Below are positions 38,318-50,076 of a stretch of 64,000 bases of DNA, piece by piece. Location: NCBI GenBank assembly GCA_000388065.2, contig KB932207.1; one strand, written 5' to 3'. Every line of letters begins with the position of its first letter. Within the stretch, counting starts at the first letter, position 1. Below the pieces are notes generated by a model. That model ran no database searches. It saw nothing but the letters and a program-made list of their open reading frames with translations, and had not been told where the DNA came from. This DNA is from Fonticula alba ATCC 38817. Taxonomy: Eukaryota > Protista > Nucleariida. The translations under genes and the position numbers were made by a program.

Positions 38318-40026
38318 TCAGCATGCCGACTCAGGCCAGGTGCCCGCAAGCCGGTGCACTGACAGCGCATGCAGGTGATCCTGCAGAATGCCGGCGTCGT
38401 CAGCGTCATCCTCCTCCGCCTCGCCGGGCCGTGGCGCTGTGAAGGGGCATGGCTGCGCCAGGGCCAGGAGGCTGGGATTGGTGGGATTCCAGGCAATCGA
38501 GGCATTGGGTGTGTATGTCCCGCCGCCAGCTGGCCAAAAGCGAGTGCGATCAAGCAGGCGAGGAGACGCGGAGCATGTCAGTTTGCGCTGCCCAGCAGCC
38601 GGAAAGCACGGGGATGGCGAGGGGGAACAACAGATCGGCCGCACAATCGTCCGACCGGCGAATCACCTCGATCGGGCTGGGAGGCTGCTCTGACTCGGCC
38701 TGCAGGGTGTCAAAAAGCAGGGCCCCATGGCCGGGCGAGGCCAGGAGAAGGTGCCGCGCCCCCCGGGCCGGCGACTCCAGAGCGAAGGAATTCCGGCCGC
38801 GCACGCCGGATGGCCGGCTGGGTGCCTGGCCGGGGCGGTCGCCGGGCCTGGCCGGCACGCGGTACACCCGTACCGGCTGACTGGCCGCCCGAATGTCCCA
38901 CTCGGCCACAACAGCCTCATCGCCCGGGGAGCCGACCCCCCGACGACACGCCCCGAACAGCCGCCATGGGCGGCCCCCGCCATCGAAAGCCAGGTGCGAC
39001 ACCCCGACCCCGGCGGCGCCGGTAGACGAGGCACCAGCCCGGAAGGCCGCCGGGTCGGTGAAAACCTTTTTCCCAAGCCGGCCTGAGGCGTCGGCCGTCG
39101 AGTACACTGTCACACCGCCGGCTTGCGATCCCACCGCCACCAATCCACCGATGGTCGGATGCACGGCCAGCCCCGTAAGAAGGCCTGGGTCGGCACGGGG
39201 GAGGGGAGGCCCGACAGCCAGCATAAGTACCAGCCCGAAGAGCAAACACGCCAACGTGGCGCTTGACCAGGAGCAACGCACCTCCGATGCCCTCGCGGGA
39301 CTTGCGAGAAGGCCGTGTGGCCCACGCGCCGAGCTGCTGGCCGGAGTATGTGTCATACTTTTGAAAGGCGGCGTCCGAGGTGAGGTACATGCTGAGTGGG
39401 CAGGCGTGTCAGAAGGAACGGCAAGGAGCGCGCCAAAACCCGGGTAGGAGGAGATGCGGAACGCACGACAGCGAGTCGGGCGAGAAGGCCAAGCGTGCCG
39501 GGGCTTCGATTTCGTCATATTGGTTCTTGGCCGCGATGGAAAAGCGAACCTGGGCCGGGAGGGAGAGAGAGAGGGGGGGGGGAGGGAGGGAGACGGAGAG
39601 GTGTGAGTGCCAGGATGGGGAAATGCGGTCGGGAGGGCGTGCGACAATGTGAATGGCAATACCTGGCCGGACAGATCGCGCAGCTGAACCGGCAGATCCC
39701 GAGCACTGATGGCATAGAGGCTGGTTGATGCTGTGACGCAGAGGGTCCACCAGAGGAGGGTCAGAGGGACGGATGCTGTGGAGGGGGCAGCGGCAAGGGG
39801 GAGGGGGCGACGGCAAGTGCCCCGGCCCGGCATACCAGTCGGGCACCACTGGGCATCGAGGAGGGCCGATGGGGAGCGGAAAAGTGACAGGGGAGGGCCG
39901 ATTGCCGCGCCGCCGGCGGTCGTGGCTGCCTTGTAGCTGGTGCATTGAGGGGGCTGGGCGAAATCCGGCTCGAATCCCGGGCTGGTGGCCAGCGAAGAGA
40001 AGTCCCTAAGCAACCCGGCAGTCCGG

Positions 40027-40060
<34 letters not shown>

Positions 40061-40646
40061 GAAAACATGTCACTATGACGTGGAAGCATTGGAGACGCCG
40101 GTGAAGGCCGGCCAACGCACGGGCTATGGACCGCCAACGACAGGGACTGGGCTGACAACAGGTAATACCCGCAGGGAGACCTGACGCCACGGCAACAGGC
40201 GACCGGGTACAGTGGGCGAGCGCTGGTCAGGGGGAGCGATCATAACACACCAACACCAACATCAACATCAACATCAGCAGCACACAAGGGGTCGAGCGTC
40301 CGCACCACTCGCACAGCGACAGGCCCGGCGAGGTGATATAGGAGGGCTGGCCAGGAGGGCGTGGGGCCTGGCGATCGGCCACCACATCTCCGGTGGCCGG
40401 AGTGCCAACACCGGAGACCGACCACCGCACAGCCAGGCAGGCAGCCGGCTCGGGAGCCAGCGAGAACCCAGTCAACCAGGAAGCCACGGCATCTCGGTGC
40501 TGGTCCTGCTGCTGTTGCTGGTCCTGCTGCTGCTGCTGGTCCTGCTGCTGCTGCTGATCCTGTGGATCGCACGACTGGCTGGCCGGCTGGCCGGCGGTTG
40601 ACGAGCCGGACGGCCAGTCGGCTGGCAAGTCAGCCGAGGGAAGCAT
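38318..40646 (-). CDS. WRAP53: WD40 protein, WRAP53/TCAB1/Swt21-like (divergent), multi-exon
   Basis: Spliced GLSLCEW|SPCGYYLLSAQ, AISARDLPVQLRDLSGQ|VRFSIAAKNQYDEIEAPARLAFSPD and C-terminal NASIAWNPTNPSLLALAQ parallel TCAB1 (GCKWAPDG; SSSRENPIHIWD..YNHLDELTAAHSLCFSPD). The start codon is uncertain. Confidence 0.7.
40495..40562 (-). repeat. 18-bp coding repeat (DQQQQQ)x3
   Basis: gctggtcctgctgctg(t/c)t units on the + strand, in the WRAP53-like N-terminus. Confidence 0.85.
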
Positions 40647-43079
40647 GATCGATCGCACAGGAAGCTGTATGTAGAGGGGGGGGGGAGAGAGAGAAAAAGA
40701 GGAGGGGGAGGAGTAGGATGATGGGGAACTTGGGGCTCCGGCATCAGAAGTGCCCTTGCAATTGAATAGAGCATCACCACCCGGGTCATGGGGGGAGACT
40801 CCCCTTCGCGCACGCGTTCGCGCTCACCGCCCCTAGCGCCCATCCCGGCCAAAAGCAGATCCACCCATGCACCCGCAACCAATCACCCCCCGCAAGAACG
40901 CGTGCCGGGGAGATCTCCCTGCCGGGGGGGGGGGGGGGGCCTTCGGCCTGCCCGCCGTCCATCACGCGTAGGAGCCGTCAATGCAGATCCCTGGCTGGCT
41001 GGCTGGCGTGCCAGGACACGCGGAGTCAAGATCCGGAGCCGTGTGCTCCTGAGCCCCGCCATGGACACGCGCGCCAGCACCCGGGAAACACCTCCTCTCC
41101 CCGGCGCATCACCCTGCGGTGCGGACCGCCCCCGAGCCCCGGCCCGCCCGCACGGCCTCCTCCGCCCCCTTCCATCCTCCTCCCCGGCCCCCCCCCCCCA
41201 CCCCTTACGGTCGCTGTGTGCGTGCGGCAAAAAAAGGGCGGCCAGGCAGAAAGCAAAGCGCGTGCCCCTCTCTGTCTCTCTTGGGGAGGAGAGAGAGAGG
41301 AAGAGAAAGGGAGGAGGAATTCAATTATTAAGGAAGTAGAGGGGGAGGAGGGGGGACGAAAATGAAGGGCAAAAAAGGGCAAAAGCAAAAGAGGGGGGGG
41401 GGCTTGTAACAGGAGCTACTATCAAACGACGTCCACTGAGCAAAGAACGCTGTTAGCGAATCTCCGTCGCCCTGGCGCCGGCTTCGGCGGCCGGCGGTTA
41501 CCGCTCCCGGCATGCGGAGACCGAGGGGGAGGTCCCCTCCCAGAACGGGAGGGGGCACCCCATCGGGCCCCACCAGGAACGGAGGATGCCAAACACACCG
41601 ACGGCACCAGGGCCTAATCTTGCCATCAATTGAAACCGACCTGGAACGAAGATCCAGGCCAGGGATTAAATGAGGCGTCACACACGAACACATGAAGACA
41701 ATCCGGCACAAGAGGGGGGCGGGGGTGTACGCAGAGAGAGAGAGAGAGAGAGAAAGGAGGGCAAAAGACCACACGCGAAAAAAAAGAAGGGACCACATGC
41801 GGGGAGGTGCGCGTGCGCACGGGCACACGGACGGGTACGTCTCCCTCTTTCTCCTGCCCGGAGCGCGCCGCGTGCCCGAGAGTGCAGGTAGTATGGGGGG
41901 GAGGGCGCGGCACACACAGCGGGCCTCGCTTGGCCTCTTGAAGTGCAGGTGGGGGGGGGCACCTGTGTGCACGAAAAAGGCGCGTCTGCGCGTACGCCCA
42001 GCGCCGCCGGGGGAAACACCACGCACTGCCGCGCCACCGCCGCTTCGCCTGCACGGACACATACACACACCCGGGAGCAACCACATGACCCGCCCCTCCT
42101 GGTACCTTCCCCTCCTCCCGGCAGGTGCCCCGCCTGTGCAGAGACAGACAGACACACATACATGTCGGCATGTGGCGCACAGCCGAGAGGAGGAGGAGGT
42201 TGAGAGGGGGAGAAAGAGGAGCGCGAGCTGGCAGGCCGGCAGGGGAGGAAGGGGAGAGGGCGTGGAAGCGCGAGGATGGACACACGGACGGGAGGGAGAA
42301 CGCGCGCGCGCGCGCACGCACACATGGACACACCAAGAGGGAGGAGCGAGGCAGCCGGCGGACATGCTCCCACACATACGTACTCCAGGGCGTCGGGCCG
42401 AGGGGGACAGGAGAGGAGAAGGAGGAGACGGGCGAGTCCGCGGCCACGAGCACACGCGCGCGCCACACGTGCACACACACACACACACCACGACGACCTC
42501 CCCGGCGACATCCTGCCCAAAAGAGGGCAAGGAGGCGCGAGGGCCGGTGGAAGAGGCGGCGGCGGCGGTGACGGGAGGGGGGGAAGGTGCGCGGGGCGGC
42601 GGCTCAAGTGGGAACTGTATTCCACAGGAAGGGCGCAGGGGGAGCGCGCGCGGCGCCCCACCTGCCCCCACGAAAGGGGGGGAGGGGAGAGAGCGGCGGG
42701 CGGCACACAAGGATCAACACCCTGTCACACGGCGGCGGCCAGGAAACGGGGAAGGGGGGAAAAAAACAACCCCACCGCCACCACCACCATCAGACCGCCG
42801 CCATGGCGCGTGTCAGGGGAAATCGAGCTCGGCAGACGGAAGTGCGCGCGCGCAGGCGCGCACGCTCGACTGACAAGCTCCATCTGAAGCGGGACATCCC
42901 CCTCTCTCGCAGGGGCTCCCTCCCGGCCGACAGCAGGGGAGGGGGAGGAGAGGGGGAGACACGGGGCAGCAGGGCACACGGCCGGGGAAGGAAGGAAAGA
43001 AGCAAGGACGGGGAAAGGGAGAGGGGGGAAGGGCTTTCGGCCCGGGGGTCATGCATCCTCCATGGTCCGACACACCAGC

Positions 43080-43529
43080 TTAGTTCTCCTCCTTGAAGGA
43101 GATGGCGGCCTCCTCACCCATGGCCTTGAGGATGGTGACGACGATGTTCTTGTCAGAACCCTGGAAGGCCTCCTGGATCTTAAGGCCAACCTCGTCCTCG
43201 GTGAACTTGATGTCCTCGCGCTCCTCGTTGGTGTCGGTGTTGATGAGGTGGTAGTAGCCGTCGGCAATGTCGAGCAGGGTGTACTCAGTGCGGGTGACGA
43301 AGGGGACATCCATGTTCATGGTGGACATGGCGCTCTCCTCGTACTTGCGGCCGGTGAAGATATCGACGGCAGTCATGTTAACCTTGGCACCACCGTGCTT
43401 ACCGGTCTTGTGGGTGGACATGTCGGTAATCTTGCAGGGGCGGTCCTTGATGATGACAAGACCGTTCTTGCGCAGGGCAGAGCACTGCACGGGGTAGGTG
43501 AGGCCGCTAGCCTGGCCTTCGCTGCTCAT
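43080..43529 (-). CDS. EIF5A: Eukaryotic translation initiation factor 5A (divergent hypusine loop)
   Basis: TYPVQCSALRKNG, RPCKITDMSTHKTGKHGGAKV, DIFTGRKYE, NMDVP, KAMGEEAAISFKE. Strongly C/G-ending and GGT-biased codons. A short upstream exon is possible. Confidence 0.96.
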   Translation of the reverse strand: MSSEGQASGLTYPVQCSALRKNGLVIIKDRPCKITDMSTHKTGKHGGAKVNMTAVDIFTGRKYEESAMSTMNMDVPFVTRTEYTLLDIADGYYHLINTDTNEEREDIKFTEDEVGLKIQEAFQGSDKNIVVTILKAMGEEAAISFKEEN

Positions 43530-46224
43530 TGTGTCGTGACTAACTCGAAAATTTCCAAACACTGCAACACCGGCGCGTGGCGGGGTGGCGGGGGCCGACC
43601 ATCAGAGCACGCGGAAGCGGGGAGGGGCACGGGGAGGGAGGAGAGAGGGAGGGGGGAGGGGGCATCCTGTTAGACGCGCTGTCGGGGGCAGGGGGGAGGG
43701 GGGAGGGGAGGGGGCCGAAGAGGTGGGGCAAGGCGCGGACACGTACAAAGAAAAATTACGAGTGAGAGGGGGCGGAAAACTGGGACACTGGTGGCCAGGC
43801 AAGGGGCCTAAAAAAGTCCCCCCGTCCCCGCCCGAGCGCGCCCACCCTTGCACACAGACACGGACGCACGCGGGCACACACACACACACACACATGCGCA
43901 CAGGTGCATACGCACACCCACCCGCCTCACACCCCCGCCCCCTCCGCCCCCACCCACGAGTGTACTCGTGCCCCACGCGTGGACGGGCACAAAGCGCACG
44001 CGGCGCGCGCGACCACGGACCCCCCCCCCTGCGGCCTCCCTGCGCCCGGTCACCACGCCTCGCGGGGTCCCACGCAGGCACAACCCCCGGTGGCGGCTTG
44101 CAGGGGGGGGGGGGGGCGCCGGGGCAGGNNNNNNNNNNNNNNNNNNNNNNNNNNNNNNNNNNNNNNNNNNNNNNNNNNNNNNNNNNNNNNNNNNNNNNNN
44201 NNNNNNNNNNNNNNNNNNNNNNNNNNNNNNNNNNNNNNNNNNNNNNNNNNNNNNNNNNNNNNNNNNNNNNNNNNNNNNNNNNNNNNNNNNNNNNNNNNNN
44301 NNNNNNNNNNNNNNNNNNNNNNNNNNNNNNNNNNNNNNNNNNNNNNNNNNNNNNNNNNNNNNNNNNNNNNNNNNNNNNNNNNNNNNNNNNNNNNNNNNNN
44401 NNNNNNNNNNNNNNNNNNNNNNNNNNNNNNNNNNNNNNNNNNNNNNNNNNNNNNNNNNNNNNNNNNNNNNNNNNNNNNNNNNNNNNNNNNNNNNNNNNNN
44501 NNNNNNNNNNNNNNNNNNNNNNNNNNNNNNNNNNNNNNNNNNNNNNNNNNNNNNNNNNNNNNNNNNNNNNNNNNNNNNNNNNNNNNNNNNNNNNNNNNNN
44601 NNNNNNNNNNNNNNNNNNNNNNNNNNNNNNNNNNNNNNNNNNNNNNNNNNNNNNNNNNNNNNNNNNNNNNNNNNNNNNNNNNNNNNNNNNNNNNNNNNNN
44701 NNNNNNNNNNNNNNNNNNNNNNNNNNNNNNNNNNNNNNNNNNNNNNNNNNNNNNNNNNNNNNNNNNNNNNNNNNNNNNNNNNNNNNNNNNNNNNNNNNNN
44801 NNNNNNNNNNNNNNNNNNNNNNNNNNNNNNNNNNNNNNNNNNNNNNNNNNNNNNNNNNNNNNNNNNNNNNNNNNNNNNNNNNNNNNNNNNNNNNNNNNNN
44901 NNNNNNNNNNNNNNNNNNNNNNNNNNNNNNNNNNNNNNNNNNNNNNNNNNNNNNNNNNNNNCGGGGTTGGATGCCGCCCGGCACGCGTTCCGCCCGCCCC
45001 CCACGCCGGGTCGCGAGGCCCGAGGACGCGCGGCCTCCCACAGCGCTGCCCCCCTTTCCGGCGGTCGGGATGCCACCCGGGAAACGCGGGGGCCCCGCCC
45101 CTCAATGCACTGGCCGCGCGCTTGCCGGCCAGCGTGGCCACCCCCCGCCGGCCCCGTCTCCCCCGGAGCCCTGCCGCCCCGGCGGCCGCCACCCCTCCCC
45201 TCGGGCCGCCTGGCCAAATACACCCCGCGCCCAAGAGGCGAGCAGGACCGAAAATCGTGGCACCGCGGCGGCCCGGTGGCCGGGACTTTAGCTTCTGCCC
45301 TGACCGGCTTCCTTAAAACCTGCGGTCGCCCGGTTTCCAGTGCCTCACCCGCCTGAGAACGGGGGCCGGGCCCGGTGAGGAGCGCCATTATTCCGTCTTT
45401 TGTATGTTGTCCAATATGTAGATACGTGTTGTCGCCGAGAAGATCACGCCCCCTCGATCACGCCCGAAGCTCGTTACAGATTTAAAGTCCCCCACCCGAG
45501 TGGTTCCACCATCACCCCCGCCCCTGTGTCCGATCTCCCCCCCTCCCCCTGACTGGCCCGACACAAGTCGCGGCCCCGGCTTGTGACTGCTGGAAAGCGT
45601 TCCCGGTCCCGGCGTTGTACACACACACACACACGCCCCAGGCCCAGTGCAGGGGAAGGGGGACATCGGCAGGGGGGGAGGCCCCACGCCAACCGAGGCC
45701 CGGGAGAGCTGGAGAGGCCATCCGCTGGCATGCACCCGTCCCCGGGCCCCCGGGACGGTCCTCGCACCAGCCGGTTGTCGATCGGCCTGCCCTGCTGCCC
45801 GCACGGGGAGGCGCGCGCCTGGCGACACTCTTCTTTCTTCCTTTGTTTCCGCATGTTCGCCACACGCTGATCTACCCCTCCGCCCGGCGCCGCAGCCATT
45901 GTGTCTGCCACACTCACTCACACGGCGCCGGCCCCGGCAAAGTAGATGCCTCGAGGGCGACCCCGACAAGGGAGCATTTTGCGCGTCCATGCCATGGGCG
46001 CCAAACACGCAGAAAGTGACCACACCCTCCTTGCCCCCTTGCCTCTCCCCCCCCCCCCCACCTCCCNNNNNNNNNNNNNNNNNNNNNNNNNNNNNNNNNN
46101 NNNNNNNNNNNNNNNNNNNNNNNNNNNNNNNNCCCCCCTCCTCCCATTCCCCCCTCTCGACAGCCACCTCTCCCTGCCACACTCCGACCCACTCCCACCA
46201 CCTCCCCCTCTGTCCGATCGCCCC

Positions 46225-48747
46225 ATGATGGACCACCCGACGCCAAGCCGGGCCGAGTCCACGCATCACAAGCGCCGGCGGCTGAACGCCTCGCCGGGTC
46301 TCGCCGATGACCGGACCGAGCTGCTCGACGTCGAGGAGGACTTCGGGACTGACATGGCCCCGCCGCTGATGCCCCCCCCTCCGACAGTCAAGCCAAGCTC
46401 CATCCTGCCGGCCCTGTCTTCCCTGTCTGCCAGTGTCATCGGGCCCCCGGCTCCCGGGAACACACCGGCCCTCGCCAACCGGGCCGTCAGCGCTGCCAGT
46501 GCGGCTCTCAGCGGCGATGCCTCCTCCTTCGGCGGCATGGTCCTCGGGGTGACCGCCGAGTCCGGGGCTGCTGAGCACCATCACGCCCCGGCGCCCGCAG
46601 CCCTCGAGCGCATGGGCTCCGTCAATGACAAGAGTGCGCGCCCCCTGTGGGCCTTCCCTGTCTCCTCCTTCCCCCCTCTCTCCCTCCCTCTGCCCGCCCC
46701 CACTTCGCTTTGTCTACACACACACACATGCGCACTACCCCGTCCTCCTCTCCACCTGACCTGTGCTCGCAGTTCAAGCCCTTGAGGCCCTGTCCCGCGC
46801 GCGGCTTGCCTCGCTGAATTCCCTGCAGCAGCGCCATGACAGCTTGACCGCCGATTACGAGGCCCTTGTGGAGAGGTGCCAGGCTCTCGGGGAGCAACGC
46901 GAGCGCGACCTCGCCGCACTCACATCCAAGCACAAGGGGCAGCTGCTTCTTTTGCGCCAGGGCAACCGGGTGCCCGACTCGGAGCTGAGCCAGCGTCTGG
47001 CCGCAGCCGAGGGCACCGTCGCCGAGCTGGAGCGTCGCCTGGAGCAAACCCGCTCCCGAGCGGCTGGAGACTTGGCCACAGCCGAGGCGGACTTCCGTGC
47101 CCAGCTGGCTCGTGCCACTTCCTCGCTGGAGGCCCAGCTGGCCGCAGCTGAGGCCGAGCTCGGCCGGGCCAATACCGCGTCGACCGATGTGCACGCCGAA
47201 TTGACCGCCCTGCGCCGGGAGAATGACGCCCTTCGGGAAGAGGGGGCCGCGCTGCTGGCGCGCTTGCGCCAGGAGGATGCCGTCCGTCGACAGATGCACA
47301 ATCGCATCCTCGAGCTCCAGGGCAACATCCGGGTGTTTTGTCGGGTCCGCCCGGCATTGGCCGACTCGCCGGCCGAGGCCGACGCTCCGCTGGCCGCCAT
47401 CACCATCAGCAGCGCGCCGGAGCTGGCCGGCAAGCATCAGGTGACGCTGGTGGCCTCGTCAGCTGGCGGCGCCGCGATGTCTTCCGGCTCGGCCGGGGCA
47501 GCTGGCGCTGCGGCTGCTGCTGCGGCGGCGGCCGCCGCCGCCGCACAAGCTCGCCGCCGGGGAGTTCCCCTGCGCACGAGCTTTGCCTTTGACCGGGTGT
47601 TTGGCCCCCAGGCCGACCAGCTGTCGGTCTTCGAGGAGGTCCAGCCGCTGGTCCAGTCGGCTTTGGATGGACATCGGGTGTCCATCTTCGCCTACGGGCA
47701 AACCGGCTCCGGCAAGACCTTCACCATGGAGGGGGCCGGGGCCGGTCCTCCCGGTGAGGATTTGCCCCCGGCGGCCGGGCTGATCCCCCGCGCGGCACGG
47801 TACATCTTCTCGTCGGTGGCTCGCAAGGCCGCCGAGACGGGCTGGGCTTGTCGCGTGTCGGTGTCCGTGGTGGAGATCTACAATGAGACCATCCGCGATT
47901 TGCTGGCCCCCCCCGGGCAGTACGCCCCGGTGGGTGCCGGCCCCGGGGGAGGCGGCCCGGGACCGGGCCCCGGTGCGACCGCGGCGGCGGCGGCTGCCGC
48001 CTCGCCACCGGTCCGCCATGAGATCCGCATGCACTCATCGGACCCGCGGGATGGCGTGTACGTCAGTGACATTCTCATCCGGGTGGTTCGATCGGAGGAG
48101 GAGCTCCACAGCCTCCTTGGCCTGGCCTCGCGGAACCGGTCCTCCGCCTGGACATGTGCCAACAACCGTTCCAGCCGGTCGCATTGCCTGGTCACCCTGC
48201 GGCTGGAGGGCCAGGACCCCGGGGCCCCGGGGCTCACTTCCTCCGGCATGCTCAATCTCATTGACCTGGCCGGGTCCGAGCGACTGACGGATGTCCCGGC
48301 GGCCGAGGCCCTGGCCGGTCTGGCCGGTGGTCCGGGCCCGCGCGCGGCCAGCGGCGCCGCGGCCACCGGCGTCCGTGAGAAGGAAACCCGCGCCATCAAC
48401 CTCTCGCTGAGTGCCCTGGCCGATGTGATCGCCGCCATCAGCGCCCAGCGTGTGCATGTGCCCTTCCGCCATAGCAAGCTGACCCAAATGCTGGCGGACT
48501 CGCTGACGCCGCCGGCCCCGGCCCCGGCCGGCGCGCCGACCGGCTCCGGCCCGGCCATCTGCCTGGCCACCGACACCAGCACCCTTCTGCCGCCGCATGT
48601 GCCGCGGCCGCGGCACCTGAACATCGGCAGCCCGAAGGTCTTGATGCTGGTTGCCGCGTCGCCGCTGGCCATCCACACCTCGGAGACGCTGAATTCCCTG
48701 CGCTTCGCGGCCAAGGTCAACAGCACGGTTGTCGGTGGGGGGTCGCT

Positions 48748-48783
<36 letters not shown>

Positions 48784-49003
48784 CGTGGCCCCGGTCGACT
48801 CGCCAGCTGGCCCTGCCTCGCGGCGAGATTTCTCCGCTTCCGCGTACAACCCCCTGAGCCCGCTGGCCTCGCTGTCGGCGTCGACTGCCTCTCCGCGGGG
48901 GGGCTTCCACAATGAAGGCCCCGCTGGCCCGGGCGGGGGGCGTCCGTCCGGCCGATCTGCCGGCACCTCGTCCATCGGGTTCGGGTCCTCCTTCGCCCGG
49001 TGA
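46225..49003 (+). CDS. KAR3: Kinesin-14 (Kar3/Ncd/KIFC1-type, C-terminal motor); exons 46225-46633 and 46773-49003
   Basis: Basic HKRRRL tail, a coiled coil, neck LHN-type RRQMHNRILELQGNIRVFCRVRP, FAFDRVF, FAYGQTGSGKTFTM, NNRSSRSH, LIDLAGSER, HVPFRHSKLT, ETLNSLRFAAKV. Confidence 0.95.
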
Positions 49004-49564
49004 ACGCCGGTAAAAAAGCCCATGCTCTCCTTTGCCCCTTCTCCTCCCCCGGGCACTGAGGGTGGGGATGTGCGCGTGCATGCGTGCGTGCATGCGTGCG
49101 TGTGCGTGCATGCGTATGTGTGCACGCACATGCACGCACATACATGCTCCCTTGTCCTTGTTTCCCTGTTCCTCGCCGCCTTTCCCCACCTGCGGTTATA
49201 CATATTCATCTAGATGTCACCTATTGTCTCGCAGCCATGTCCCTTCCCCCCCCCCCCCTCTCTCTCTCTTTCTCTCTCCTCCTCCTCTCTTTTTTCCTGC
49301 GACCATCGCGAGCCGTGCAGTCCACCGCACGCGTTGTTTTCCTCCTTTTCTTTCGCCACAAAAGTTGTTCCCAGGTGTGGGAGGGTGTAATGCATGGGGG
49401 CGATGTTTTTTATTGACTGAAAATGGCGGCGACGGGGGAGAGAGGGACAAGCATGCATCAGACTCGGTGCAGCTGGTCCTCCTCCCCCTCGCTCATCCTC
49501 GGCCTCCCTCTCTTCCTCGGATCTCTTCATCAGGTGGCAGGGGGCGGAGTACGGGTGGCGATGA

Positions 49565-49645
49565 GGGTGGTTGGGGGTGGGGGGGGTGGGGGGGGGGGGG
49601 GGGGGGGCGGGGGCGGAGGGGGGCCGGGGTGGGGTGTGGCGGGGG

Positions 49646-49679
<34 letters not shown>

Positions 49680-49719
49680 CGCGGGGGCGGGGGCGGGGGC
49701 GGGGGCGGAGGGGGGGGGG
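49565..49719 (+). repeat. About 155-nt near-pure G-run block (G-quadruplex-capable)
   Basis: Runs of up to about 29 G separated by 1-3 nt spacers, between the convergent kinesin and MAPR 3' ends. Confidence 0.85.
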
Positions 49720-50076
49720 ATGAGGCGAAAAGGGGAGAAGGGAGCAGGGACACCTCGGCAGACCTCCGGCGAAAATGACTGGCGATGCGGGAGGAGGCAC
49801 CGTTAGATGGTTGAGGCGCGTCGAGGACAGCGAGGTTCCTCTTTCCCTGGTTGTGTCGTCCTCTCGCTCTCTGGGCTGGCTGACGATGATGGCAGGGAAG
49901 TGGCTCGCATGGTTGTGGGTGTCTAACAAAATGGTTTGCCCCCCTGGCGGAGAAAAGGTGGACGAGAGGGAGCCACATGGGCCCCGGTGTCTTTTTCCTG
50001 GCCTCTTGGTCTCACCTTCTTTGTTTCTCGCCCCCTGCCTCTCGCCCGCTCTCTCTTTCTCTCAGCGGCCATGCGT

